Shown: piece by piece, positions 17,030-26,354 of the stretch
Position numbering within the stretch: the stretch's first letter is position 1
How the letters are laid out: each line of letters opens with the position of its first letter
Assembly (NCBI GenBank): GCA_035512495.1
Contig: DATKDW010000083.1
Span: forward strand, 6,045 to 70,044
Source: Acidimicrobiales bacterium
Lineage (GTDB): Bacteria; Actinomycetota; Acidimicrobiia; Acidimicrobiales; CADCSY01
Reading direction: 5' to 3'
Length of the DNA: 64,000 nt
Translations under genes and position numbers: made by a program
The notes under the pieces: model-generated
What the model was told of the DNA's origin: nothing
Seen by the model: the letters and a program-made list of their open reading frames with translations, nothing else
The model's database searches: none

Positions 17030-17277
17030 GCCAAGCCCAGGTCCGCCTTGACCTCATCCCAAGGCACGTAGTCGTCCTCTTCCCGAGCGGCTTCGAGCTC
17101 GTATCGATCGATCGCGTCCTCAGCCGCCTCGACGACCTGGTCGTACAGGTCGGCGTCGAGGATCACGGCCACGCGTCGACCTCGCCGCGTGACATAGACG
17201 GGCTCGCGTGATCGCCTCGCCTCGTCGATGATCTCGGCAAGCCGGCTCCTCGCTTCGCTCACGGCGATATCGCTCAT
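17026..17277 (-). CDS. type II antitoxin, Phd/YefM family
   Basis: MSDIAVSEARSRLAEIIDEARRSREPVYVTRRGRRVAVILDADLYD has an acidic C-terminus. ATG 17292 is an alternative start. Confidence 0.85.
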   Translation of the reverse strand: MSDIAVSEARSRLAEIIDEARRSREPVYVTRRGRRVAVILDADLYDQVVEAAEDAIDRYELEAAREEDDYVPWDEVKADLGLA

Positions 17278-17335
17278 GTACGAATCGTACATGAAGCCTC
17301 GGCGGGGGCGCCTCCTCGGGCTCGGGCGCCTTCCA

Positions 17336-17374
17336 CGGCAGAGGTCAGGGGTTCGAGTCCCTTTGCGCCCACCA
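17336..17374 (+). other. tRNA 3' remnant (variable loop, T-arm, acceptor 3' strand, encoded CCA); not a complete tRNA
   Basis: CGGCAGAGGTC-AGGGG-TTCGAGT-CCCTT-TGCGCCC-A-CCA. The T-loop TTCGAGT and stem AGGGG/CCCTT are canonical. No D-arm or intact anticodon arm lies upstream. Confidence 0.6.
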
Positions 17375-17394
17375 CGCGCCTGCGCCTTCCGGCG

Positions 17395-18453
17395 CTAGAT
17401 CGCCAGCTCGCTCTTGGTGCGGCCCTGGCGGGACCAGTAGGAGTCGGTGCGCCCGAGGCGGAAGTGTGCGGGCTTCTCGTCGTCGGCCAGCAGCTCGGTC
17501 TCCAACCACAGGCGCTTGAGGTGGCGGACCTTGCCGCTGGCGCGGTCGTCCTCGTAGCCCTTGCGGGCGTGGAGCACGTGGTAGTTGTTGATGAACTGCA
17601 TGTCGCCCGGCTGCAGAACCATGCTCACGTGGTGCTTCGGGTCGGCGCACATCTCGTCGACTCGGTCGAGGGCTTCCCGGGCCCGGTCGGAGATCAGCGG
17701 GGCATCCTCGTGGCGGGTCACCGAGTCGATGTACGGGCGGATGTAGCGCACGAAGAGCCGGGCGCCCTTCCGGCTGCAGATCGGCATCAGGTACCAGCTC
17801 TTCCCTCCTGGCGGCTGCTCGCCTCGGAGGTCGTAGGGATAGGGCTGGTAGAGCTCGGCGGCCAGCTCCGGGTCGGTGCGCACCAGCTCGTTGTGGATGG
17901 TGACGATGTTGGCCACCAAGCTGGCACCGCCTCGCAGGCCGGGGTCGAGGCAGAACAGCCCGACGAGGTCGGAGCCGTCGGAGTGGAAGGGGAACGGCAC
18001 ACCGCCGATCTCGTTGCCCCGTGAGGTCCCGTCGGTGTAGCTGCGTCCCTGGTCGGTCACATCGCCGAGCAGGTGGCCCTTGGCGTTCTGCGGCCAGGGC
18101 GCACCGAGGTGGGCACCGACGCCCCAGTAGATCGTCGACGCCCGCTCCTTCGAGTAGCGCTCCATGGGCAGACCGCGGATCAGCGTGACCCCCCGGCCGT
18201 TGATGAGCTCGTCGGTGATGCGGGCCAGCTCGGGGCCGAGGGTCGGGAGGGGGAAGTGGTCCTTGGTGACGTCGAGCACGTCGTCGCAGCGGCGCTCGGC
18301 TTCGTGGAGGGCGGCGTCGAGCTCGGACACGTGCTCGTCGCTGAGGTGGAAGACGTAGCTCTCGCCGAGGTCGTCACGGCGCCACTCGCACTGCTCCTCC
18401 AGCGGCTCGAGGTCGGACGGGTCGACGGCGGTGCTGGTCTCGGTCGTGGTCAT
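17395..18453 (-). CDS. TauD/TfdA-family Fe(II)/2-oxoglutarate dioxygenase
   Basis: The start at ATG 18453 is preceded by GGAGG. FPFHSDGSD carries the HxD iron ligands, and NNYHVLHARKGYED is present near the C-terminus. Confidence 0.8.
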   Translation of the reverse strand: MTTTETSTAVDPSDLEPLEEQCEWRRDDLGESYVFHLSDEHVSELDAALHEAERRCDDVLDVTKDHFPLPTLGPELARITDELINGRGVTLIRGLPMERYSKERASTIYWGVGAHLGAPWPQNAKGHLLGDVTDQGRSYTDGTSRGNEIGGVPFPFHSDGSDLVGLFCLDPGLRGGASLVANIVTIHNELVRTDPELAAELYQPYPYDLRGEQPPGGKSWYLMPICSRKGARLFVRYIRPYIDSVTRHEDAPLISDRAREALDRVDEMCADPKHHVSMVLQPGDMQFINNYHVLHARKGYEDDRASGKVRHLKRLWLETELLADDEKPAHFRLGRTDSYWSRQGRTKSELAI

Positions 18454-18487
18454 CGGGAACCTCCGGTGGTGGGCGGGTCGTGCTCGC

Positions 18488-19552
18488 TCATGCGGGAGCT
18501 GCCTCGCGCAGTGCCGGGAGCACCTCGGTGCGCACCAGTCGGTCGGCCAAGCGGGATGCCTCACGGTCACCCCCGAACGTCGGTCCCGTGAGGACGAAGC
18601 GGTCGAGCCCGAGGCGAGCGAGCCCCTCGAGCCGCTCGACGCAGCGATCGGGCTTGCCGACGACGGCGAAGCGGTCGACGAAATCCGGCTCGAGGACGTC
18701 GGTGTGGGCGGCGTCGTTGCGCAGGTGCTGGTGGCTGTCGTAGCGATGCCCCACCTCGGCCACGACCGCCTTGTCCCTCTCGGCCAGGCCCGCCCCGGTG
18801 GAGCCCGGCATGGACGAGAAGTGGGCGAACGCGGCGACGCCGCCGGCGATCAGAGAGCGAGCCGTCTCTGCGTCGGGATGGCAGCCGATGTTGACGTAGG
18901 CGCCGAACGCCACCGCACCGGGCTCCCGGCCCGCGTCGGCCACGGCCGAGCGGGCAAGCTCGATGGCCCAGGCGAGCCGGTCGGGGTCGGCGCCGACGGC
19001 GAAGGTGATGCGGTCGGCGACGCGAGCGGCAAGGTCGATCACCTTCGGCCCGGACGCGGCCACGTCGAGGGGGACCTTCGCCTCCCGTGTCCGGTCCAGC
19101 CACCGGAGCCGGCTCGCGAACCCGTTCAGCTCCACCGAGCCACCCCGCAGGTAGGTCTGCAGCTCCTGCAACCGCTCGCCGAACGGGGCGACCGGCATGG
19201 GCGTGCGGCCCAGATGGAACAGGGCGGTGTCGCCCCGGCCGACGCCCAGCAGGAACCTCCCGCCCGACTCCTCCTGCACGGTGACGGCCACGTTGGCGAG
19301 AGCAGCGGGGTGGCGGGTGGCGAGGTTGGTCACGGCCGTGGCGAAGCGCAGCCTCTCCGTCACCCGGGAGGCGAGCGCCACGGCCACGAACGGGTCGCCG
19401 ACCAGGTTCTGTGAGTCGGTGAAGGTGATGCCGTCCCATCCCGCCAGCTCGGCCCGCTCGGCCTGGCCCTCTGCGGTGCGCACCTCGGGGGTGCGGGTGC
19501 TCCACAGCTCCACGTCAGCGCTCCTCCCGGGGCGAGGACGGCGATCGGTCAT
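18488..19552 (-). CDS. LLM-class (luciferase-like) flavin/F420-dependent oxidoreductase
   Basis: WDGITFTDSQNLVGDPFVAVALAS...FLLGVGRGD...FVLTGPTF is a typical LLM pattern. GTG 19513 is an alternative start. Confidence 0.75.
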   Translation of the reverse strand: MTDRRPRPGRSADVELWSTRTPEVRTAEGQAERAELAGWDGITFTDSQNLVGDPFVAVALASRVTERLRFATAVTNLATRHPAALANVAVTVQEESGGRFLLGVGRGDTALFHLGRTPMPVAPFGERLQELQTYLRGGSVELNGFASRLRWLDRTREAKVPLDVAASGPKVIDLAARVADRITFAVGADPDRLAWAIELARSAVADAGREPGAVAFGAYVNIGCHPDAETARSLIAGGVAAFAHFSSMPGSTGAGLAERDKAVVAEVGHRYDSHQHLRNDAAHTDVLEPDFVDRFAVVGKPDRCVERLEGLARLGLDRFVLTGPTFGGDREASRLADRLVRTEVLPALREAAPA

Positions 19553-19665
19553 CGCCGTCGGCGCGACGGTAGCGCGCCGGCCCGTCCCGCATCCTCGTGA
19601 CCGCCCGCTCGACAGGTGCCGCGGACCGACGCCCGAGGAGAGGCCAGCGGCGTAGGGTCACGGCC

Positions 19666-20226
19666 ATGAGCACCCACCCTTCGGCCCCTCGTCTCACCCC
19701 CTTGACCCTCGACGAGATGACCGACGACCAGCGCGAGCTGGTGGGCGCGGCGGGCCAGAGCCGACCGCTGAACATCTTCGCCACGCTGGTGCGTGCTCCA
19801 GGCCTCTACCGGCGGTGGTCGACCTTCGCCGGGAAGCTGCTACGAGGCGGCAAGCTGCCCGAGCGCGACCGCGAGCTGGTGATCCTGCGCACCGCGCTCC
19901 GCTGCGCCGCCGCCTACGAGTGGGGCCAGCACATCTCGATCGCCCGTGATGCCGGCCTCAGCGACGAGGAGATCCTCCGGGTCGCCGAAGGCCCGTCGGC
20001 CGACGGATGGAGCGACCACGACCGTGCCCTCGTCACCGCGGTCGACGAGCTCCACGATGCGCACTGCCTCGGCGACGCGACCTGGCAGGCGCTCGCATCG
20101 AGCTACACCGACCAGCAGATGATCGAGCTGACCTTCCTGTCCGGTCACTACGCCATGCTGGCCGGGGCGCTGAACTCCTTTGGCGTGCAACCCGAGGGGC
20201 CGCTCCCCGGCCTGGGCGAGGTCTGA
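19666..20226 (+). CDS. carboxymuconolactone decarboxylase (AhpD-like) family protein
   Basis: ERDRELVILRTALRCAAAYEWGQHISIA carries the CMD-family ExxxH-like core. Start at ATG 19666. Confidence 0.7.
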   Translation: MSTHPSAPRLTPLTLDEMTDDQRELVGAAGQSRPLNIFATLVRAPGLYRRWSTFAGKLLRGGKLPERDRELVILRTALRCAAAYEWGQHISIARDAGLSDEEILRVAEGPSADGWSDHDRALVTAVDELHDAHCLGDATWQALASSYTDQQMIELTFLSGHYAMLAGALNSFGVQPEGPLPGLGEV

Positions 20227-20227
20227 G

Positions 20228-21025
20228 GTGAGCGACGGGGGACGGCTGGCGGGCAAGACGGCGGTGGTCGTCGGTGCCGGCCAGACTCCGGGCGAGACGG
20301 TGGGCAACGGCCGCGCCACCGCCCTCACGTTCGCTCGCGAGGGCGCCCGCGTCTTCGCGGTCGACCGCGACAGGGAGTCGCTCGACGAGACCGTCGCCAT
20401 GATCCGCGAGGCGGGCGGTGAGGTGACGGCGCACGTGGCATCCATCGGGCCCGAGGAGGTGTGCCGCAGGATGATCGAGGCGGCCCACGCCGCGCTCGGC
20501 CGGATCGACATCCTCCACAACAACGTGGGCATCGGGGCAGGCGACGCTGGAGTCTCGTCGCTCGAGGAGCGGGCCTGGGACCGGATCATGGACGTCAACC
20601 TCAAGGCCATGTGGCTGACCTGCAAGCACGTGCTGCCGGTGATGCGGGACCAGCGGGCCGGGGCCATCGTCAACATCTCGTCCATCGCCGCGATCGAGGT
20701 GCCGGGCAATCTCGTGGCTTACAAGATCTCCAAGGCCGGTGTGAACGCCCTGACGCAGTCCCTCGCCGCCAGCAACGCCCGGTTCAACATCCGTGCCAAC
20801 GCCATCATGCCGGGGCTGATGGACACGCCCATGGCAGTCGACGCCGCAGCACGTGCCTCGGGCCGGACCCGCGACGAGATCGCCGCCGCCCGGGCCGCGG
20901 TCGTGCCGCTCGGCCACCAGGGGACCGCGTGGGACGTCGCCAACGCCGCCCTGTTCCTCGCGTCGGACGAGTCGGCCTTCGTGACCGGGGTGCTCCTCTC
21001 TGTCGACGGCGGCCAGTCGCTCTGA
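20228..21025 (+). CDS. SDR family oxidoreductase
   Basis: GKTAVVVGAGQTPGETVGNGRA is the cofactor-binding motif. NISSIAA...YKISKAG provides the catalytic S-YxxxK. GTG 20228 lies 2 nt after the previous stop. Confidence 0.85.
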   Translation: MSDGGRLAGKTAVVVGAGQTPGETVGNGRATALTFAREGARVFAVDRDRESLDETVAMIREAGGEVTAHVASIGPEEVCRRMIEAAHAALGRIDILHNNVGIGAGDAGVSSLEERAWDRIMDVNLKAMWLTCKHVLPVMRDQRAGAIVNISSIAAIEVPGNLVAYKISKAGVNALTQSLAASNARFNIRANAIMPGLMDTPMAVDAAARASGRTRDEIAAARAAVVPLGHQGTAWDVANAALFLASDESAFVTGVLLSVDGGQSL

Positions 21026-21039
21026 CCCGCTGCCGACGA

Positions 21040-22539
21040 TCAGTCGGTGGTGGCACGCGACCTGCGCCGCATGGTGACCACCGACAGCGCCAGGACCACC
21101 GGATAGATCTCCAGGCGGCCGAGGAGCATCTGGAGCATGGTGACGAGGCGGGCCGTCCACGGCAGCGCCAGGTAGTCCCCCGCCGGGCTCACGGCGCCGA
21201 GGCCCGGGCCGACGTTGCCGAAGCTGGAGGCCGACGCCGAGAACGAGGTGATCATGTCGGGCCCGGTGAGGGCGATCAGCACGGCACCGCCGCCAAAGAT
21301 CACCAGCGCCAGGATCATGAAGCCGACGATCCGCGTGGCGATCTCCTCGGGGATGGCGCGGTCGCCGACGCGCACCGGGCGCACGAGGCGAGGGTGGAGC
21401 TGGCTGAGGGCAGCGCGATGTGCGTAGCTGGCGACAGCGAGGAGCCGGACGATCTTCACCCCGCCGGCGGTCGAGCCGGCCATCGCCCCGAGGGGCAGCA
21501 GCACCATGACGATGAGCTGCGCCCCCTGGCTCCACCCTCCGAAGTCGGCCGTGGCGTAACCGGTCGTCGAGACGACCGACGTGATCGAGAACAGCGAGGC
21601 GCGAGCGTGCTCCCCCATGGGCGATTCGACGTCGGCGACGACGAACACCACGCCTGACGCGATCAGCACCAGCGCGGCATAGGCGCGGAACTCGGTCGAG
21701 CGGAGCAGCGGGCTCGGGCGGCCGCGCAGCGCCCGGTAGTAGAGGGCGAAGCTGCCACCAGCCAGGAACATGGCCGTGATGGCGATCCACTCGACCGCTG
21801 CCGATTCGAAGTGCGCGAGCGACGCGTCGTGCGGTGAGAACCCGCCTGTCGACACGGTCGTGAAGGCGTGGGCGACGCCGTCGAAGATGCTCATCCCGGC
21901 GGCCAGGTAGGCGACGGCGACCACCGCCGTGAACCCGGCGTAGACCGACCAGAGGTTGCGCGCCGTCTGACGGACCTTCGGCGTCAAGCGCTCGCCGGGT
22001 GGGCCGGGTGCTTCGGCGGTCATGAGGCTCATCGCCCCGCTGCCGACGGTGGGCAGGACCGCGATGACCAGCACGATCACCCCCATGCCCCCGATCCACT
22101 GGGTCATCGCCCGGTAGAGCAGCAGCCCCTGTGACGTCTCCGAGATCGGCCGCAAGATCGTGGCGCCGGTCGTGGTGAAGCCGGAGATCGACTCGAACAG
22201 CGCCTGGTCGAACGACGTGAGGCGACCCGACACCAGATACGGTGCGGCGCCGACGACGGCGAGGGCGACCCAGGCCATGGTGACGGTCAGGAAGACCCCG
22301 AGGCTGCGCACCTCCTTCGGGACGACGGTGCTGCGCCAGACCACCAGGCCGATGACCGTCGTGGGAACGCCGCACACGGCGAGGGCGGCGACATCGGGCC
22401 CGCCGTCGATCCGGTCGACCATCGCGGCGATCATCATGGCCACCCCGGCCACCGTGGCCGACAGCGCGGCGACGTGGATGGGCAGGGACGGGCGCGGCTG
22501 GGATGGCACCAACCAGCCCCTGGCGCCCTCCAGGATCAT
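21040..22539 (-). CDS. trkH: TrkH-family potassium uptake permease
   Basis: A 499-aa polytopic membrane protein with TrkH-like repeats (GFTTTGATIL, VSTGGFSPH, VSTTGYAT). Its start overlaps the trkA stop (ATGA). Confidence 0.85.
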   Translation of the reverse strand: MILEGARGWLVPSQPRPSLPIHVAALSATVAGVAMMIAAMVDRIDGGPDVAALAVCGVPTTVIGLVVWRSTVVPKEVRSLGVFLTVTMAWVALAVVGAAPYLVSGRLTSFDQALFESISGFTTTGATILRPISETSQGLLLYRAMTQWIGGMGVIVLVIAVLPTVGSGAMSLMTAEAPGPPGERLTPKVRQTARNLWSVYAGFTAVVAVAYLAAGMSIFDGVAHAFTTVSTGGFSPHDASLAHFESAAVEWIAITAMFLAGGSFALYYRALRGRPSPLLRSTEFRAYAALVLIASGVVFVVADVESPMGEHARASLFSITSVVSTTGYATADFGGWSQGAQLIVMVLLPLGAMAGSTAGGVKIVRLLAVASYAHRAALSQLHPRLVRPVRVGDRAIPEEIATRIVGFMILALVIFGGGAVLIALTGPDMITSFSASASSFGNVGPGLGAVSPAGDYLALPWTARLVTMLQMLLGRLEIYPVVLALSVVTMRRRSRATTD

Positions 22540-23882
22540 GCGGTGAGGTGCTGACTGGCCTTGTGCAGGTCGCTGGCGCGGGCGAACACCACGACCTTGT
22601 CACCGGCGACCAGCCTCGTCGGACCGCGCACGATCTCCACCGTGCCGTCAGCGTGCACCGCGGCACCCAGGAGGACCGAGCGCGATACGTGGAGATCCGC
22701 CACGACGGCGCCGTCGGCGGGGCTCCCCGGAGCGACGGTGAACTCGTTGACCTCCACGTCGCTCTCCAGGAACGTGGCCACCGAGCCGCCACCGCCGCGC
22801 ATCTCGCGCAGAACCGCGTTCGCCGACGCCGTCCGGGGGCTGAGGGTCGCGTCGATCCCGAACTTGCCCACAAGGGGCAGCAGCGCCAGCCGGTGCATCA
22901 CCGCGACGGTGAAGCCGGACCCCTCCGCGGCGGCGTAGGCGCAGGCGAGCACGTTGGCGGTGTCCTCGCCAGAGGTCGCGACCACCACGTCCATCGTCGC
23001 GATCGACTCCTCGGACAGCAGCGCCACGTCGGTGATGTCGCCGTGGATGACCCGCACCTTCGGCGACGCGGCTGCGAGGTGCTGTGCCCGGACGAGGTCG
23101 CGCTCGATGATCACCACCTCGGCACCCTCGGCCGACATGGCCGTGGCGACCATCGACCCCACCGCGCCCCCGCCGAGGATCATCAAGCGACGCACCCGCC
23201 GGCTGACGGCGCCGATCAGCTGCAGGGTCTCGCGGCGAGCGACCTTGGTGGTCAGCACCCGCACGTGGTCACCGACCTCGAGCACCTCGTCGCCCCGGGG
23301 GATGATGGTCTCACCACCTCGGGTCACCGCCCCGAAGAGGAACTGCCAGTGCGGCTCGAACTCCGCCCCGACCTCGCTCAGCCGACGGCCGGCCACCGCC
23401 GAGCCCGACCGGATGACCGCACCGATGACCACCAGCTCCCCACCGACCATGGGGTAGACCTCGTCGGCGCCGGACAGGTGGGCGAGCTCGAGGATCTCCT
23501 CGGCCGTGTCGGCGTCGGGGTCGATCACCACGTCGGCCCCGACAGCCAACAGCAGCTCCCGCCCCGCCGGACCCCGCAGCTCCTCGGTCTGGACCCGCAC
23601 GACCGTCTTCGGGACGCCCGCGCCCTTGGCGAGGAGCGAGGCGATGAGGTTGACCTCGTCGCTCTGGGTCACCCCCGCCAGCAGCGAGGCGCGCTCGATG
23701 CCCGCCTCGGCCAGCACCGAGGGGTGGCACCCGTTCCCCACGATGACCTGGATGTCGAGGTCCTCACCGATGGCGCTCGCCGTGGACTCGTCCTGCTCGA
23801 TCACGACCACGTCGTGCTCGGTGCCCAGACGCTCCGCCAGGTACCACCCAACCTCACCGGCTCCGACGATGACCACGTGCAC
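22536..23882 (-). CDS. trkA: Trk system NAD-binding subunit TrkA (two RCK units)
   Basis: Two Rossmann motifs are present: VVIVGAGEVGWYLAERL and LMILGGGAVGSMVATAM. GTG 23882 is preferred, though the ORF is open to 23927. Confidence 0.85.
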   Translation of the reverse strand: MHVVIVGAGEVGWYLAERLGTEHDVVVIEQDESTASAIGEDLDIQVIVGNGCHPSVLAEAGIERASLLAGVTQSDEVNLIASLLAKGAGVPKTVVRVQTEELRGPAGRELLLAVGADVVIDPDADTAEEILELAHLSGADEVYPMVGGELVVIGAVIRSGSAVAGRRLSEVGAEFEPHWQFLFGAVTRGGETIIPRGDEVLEVGDHVRVLTTKVARRETLQLIGAVSRRVRRLMILGGGAVGSMVATAMSAEGAEVVIIERDLVRAQHLAAASPKVRVIHGDITDVALLSEESIATMDVVVATSGEDTANVLACAYAAAEGSGFTVAVMHRLALLPLVGKFGIDATLSPRTASANAVLREMRGGGGSVATFLESDVEVNEFTVAPGSPADGAVVADLHVSRSVLLGAAVHADGTVEIVRGPTRLVAGDKVVVFARASDLHKASQHLTA

Positions 23883-23984
23883 CGCCGCAGTCTTGCGGGT
23901 AGGAGGGGGTACCGGGCGCCATGCCACGGGAAGGACTCGCCCGGGGCTCCCGCCGGCGTCGTGCCGCCCTCGTAGGATCAGGGC

Positions 23985-25772
23985 ATGAGCATCGACCTGC
24001 CGCCCCGCTGGGACGTGAGCGACGTCTTCCCCGATCTCGGCTCGCGCCAGTTCGCCGCCGCCCGTGAGGAGCTCGGCGCCGAGCTGACCCGGCTGTCAGG
24101 CCTCTACGACGAGCACGACGTGCGGGGTGGTGAGACCCGCCCCGTCGACGAGGTGACCGTGGAGGCCTTCGAGTCCGTGCTGGACGCGACCAACGACGTG
24201 CTCGAGCGGGTGCGCGTCCTGTACGCCTTCATCTCGTCGTTCGTCACCACCGACGCGCGCCACGACCTCGCCCAGGGAGAGCTGTCGTCGTTGCAGGCCG
24301 AGCTGGCGGAGCTGTCCAAGCTGCGGAGCCGCTTCGACGCATGGGTCGCCGTACTCGGCGACGAGGAGCTCACGAAGCGCTCCCAGCTCGCCGCCGACCA
24401 CGCCTACCCCCTCGAGCGGGCGACGGTGCGCTCCACCCACCAGATGACCGAGCCCGAGGAAGCCCTCCAGGCCGACCTCTCCCTCACCGGCTCCAGCGCG
24501 TGGCAGCGGCTCTACACCACCTTCACCTCCCAGCTCACCGCCGCCGTAGCCGGCGAGGAGCTGCCGATGAGCCAGGTGCGCGGCCTCGCATACGACGCCG
24601 ACACCGAGCGGCGACGGGAGGCCTTCGACGCCGAGCTGGGAGCCTGGCGGGCCAGCTCGGTGCCCGTCATCGCCGCCCTCAACGCCATCAAGGGGGAGGC
24701 GTCGACCCTGAACCGCAGGCGAGGGTTCGCCGACGACCTCGAGCCCGCCCTGCTCTCCAACGGGGTCGACCGCCAGACCCTGGAGGCCATGCAAGGCGCC
24801 TGCGTCGATGCCTTCCCCGACTTCCGCCGCTACCTGCGTACCAAGGCCGGGATCCTCGGCCACGAGGGTGGTCTGCCGTGGTGGGACCTGTTCGCGCCGG
24901 TCGGCGGCGAGCCGTCGCAGACGTGGTCGGAGGCCACCGCCGCGGTCACCTCCTCGTTCGGCTCCTACTCACCGCAGCTCGAGCGCCTCGCCCGCCGGGC
25001 CGTCGACGAGCGGTGGATCGACGCCGAACCCCGCGACGGCAAGCGCGACGGTGCCTTCTGCATGGGCTTCGACGGCGACCGGTCGCTCGTGCTCATGAAC
25101 TTCGACGGCTCGGCGCGCGACGTCTCGACCCTCGCCCACGAGCTCGGCCACGCCTACCACAACGTGACGCTCGCAGACCGGACGCCGATGCAACGCCAGC
25201 TCCCCATGGCCCTTGCCGAGACGGCCAGCATCTTCTGCGAGACCATCCTCATGCAGGACGGCCTCGCCGCCGCGACCGGCGACGAGCGCCTCGGCCTGAT
25301 CGAGGGCGACCTCCAGGCCTCGTGCCAGATCGTCGTCGACATCCACAGCCGCTTCCTGTTCGAGCGCGCCTTCGGCGAGGCACGCGCCAAGCGGACGGTG
25401 TCGGCCGACGAGGCGTGCGCCCTCATGGCCGAGGCCCAGGAGGCCACCTACGGCGACGGCCTCCACGACGAGCACCGCCACCCGTGGATGTGGGCGGCCA
25501 AGCCGCACTACTACTCCAGCGCCTTCTACAACTGGCCGTACACGTTCGGGCTGCTGTTCGGTCTCGGCCTCTACGCCCGCTACCAGGCCGACCCGGAGCG
25601 GTTCCGGGCCGGCTACGACGACCTGCTCTCGTCCGTCGGCCTCGCCGGAGCCGCCGACCTCGCCGCCCGGTTCGACATCGACGTGCGCGACCGTGCCTTC
25701 TGGGACGCCAGCCTCGACGTCATCCGGACCCGCATCGACGACTTCGAGAAGCTCGCCGCGCTGCCTACCTGA
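23985..25772 (+). CDS. pepF: M3-family oligoendopeptidase F
   Basis: 595 aa with the zinc motif TLAHELGHAYHN (HExxH) and a downstream ETASIFCE. Confidence 0.85.
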   Translation: MSIDLPPRWDVSDVFPDLGSRQFAAAREELGAELTRLSGLYDEHDVRGGETRPVDEVTVEAFESVLDATNDVLERVRVLYAFISSFVTTDARHDLAQGELSSLQAELAELSKLRSRFDAWVAVLGDEELTKRSQLAADHAYPLERATVRSTHQMTEPEEALQADLSLTGSSAWQRLYTTFTSQLTAAVAGEELPMSQVRGLAYDADTERRREAFDAELGAWRASSVPVIAALNAIKGEASTLNRRRGFADDLEPALLSNGVDRQTLEAMQGACVDAFPDFRRYLRTKAGILGHEGGLPWWDLFAPVGGEPSQTWSEATAAVTSSFGSYSPQLERLARRAVDERWIDAEPRDGKRDGAFCMGFDGDRSLVLMNFDGSARDVSTLAHELGHAYHNVTLADRTPMQRQLPMALAETASIFCETILMQDGLAAATGDERLGLIEGDLQASCQIVVDIHSRFLFERAFGEARAKRTVSADEACALMAEAQEATYGDGLHDEHRHPWMWAAKPHYYSSAFYNWPYTFGLLFGLGLYARYQADPERFRAGYDDLLSSVGLAGAADLAARFDIDVRDRAFWDASLDVIRTRIDDFEKLAALPT

Positions 25773-25778
25773 GGGCAG

Positions 25779-26321
25779 TCAGCAGCGGCTGGGCGCGGTG
25801 CCCGGACCGGGCCCGGCCCGTGCAGGCAGCTCACCGCCGGTGGTGGTCGGCGGCGATGATCGGGTCCGCGCACCGTCCGGCGAAGGCTGCGGTGTGGGTG
25901 CGAAGCGTCGTTCGGCGAGGGGGTCGTACTTCGCCATGCGCTTGGCGACGCTTCGGCGTAGGGGTTGGACGGTGGTGGTCACCGCGGTCCCCCACTGGTT
26001 GAAGAACGTCAGGGTGGCGTTGGGGTCGCCGCTGATGCGCCACCCGTGGTTGTGGATGTTGTTGTGGCAGGTCCAGCACAACGCCACCAAGTTGTCGAGG
26101 TCCGTCGGTCCGCCTCGTGACCAGTGCCAGAGGTGGTGGATCTGGTGGATGGGCCCGCCGCAGCAGCGGCAGCGACCGTCACGCCGCGTCACCAGCCGGC
26201 GCAGCCAGCGGGGAACCACCCGCTCGGCGCGCCCGACCCCGACCGCTTCGCCGTTGATCGTCATCACGAACTGCACCCGACCGCCGCACGCGAACCGCAA
26301 GAGCACGCAGTTGTGCTGCAC
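25779..26321 (-). CDS. HNH endonuclease domain protein, corresponding only to the C-terminal part of the actinobacterial DUF222-HNH family
   Basis: RRLVTRRDGRCRCCGGPIHQIHHLWHWSRGGPTDLDNLVALCWTCHNNIHNHGW is an HNH motif. The usual 250-aa or so DUF222 N-terminal region is absent. The tail is P/T/G-rich. Confidence 0.6.
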   Translation of the reverse strand: MQHNCVLLRFACGGRVQFVMTINGEAVGVGRAERVVPRWLRRLVTRRDGRCRCCGGPIHQIHHLWHWSRGGPTDLDNLVALCWTCHNNIHNHGWRISGDPNATLTFFNQWGTAVTTTVQPLRRSVAKRMAKYDPLAERRFAPTPQPSPDGARTRSSPPTTTGGELPARAGPGPGTAPSRC

Positions 26322-26354
26322 ACCCCAGGTAGGAACGAGCTGCGCACCGCTCGG

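Noticed and set aside
455-17374. A classical integron cassette array with attC sites.
   Set aside because: No intI-like integrase, attI or Pc is visible. The repeats lack RYYYAAC/GTTRRRY core sites. Their orientation flips with the adjacent gene, whereas attC sites are co-oriented along an array. The cassette-like idea is retained only as an analogy.
17306-17374. A complete tRNA gene, starting at GGGCGCC 17306 and pairing with TGCGCCC.
   Set aside because: Only about 66 nt are available. There is no D-arm (no GG/AGCTCA-type loop). The anticodon stem does not pair, since GCGCC cannot pair with GGCAG. It is treated as a 3' remnant.
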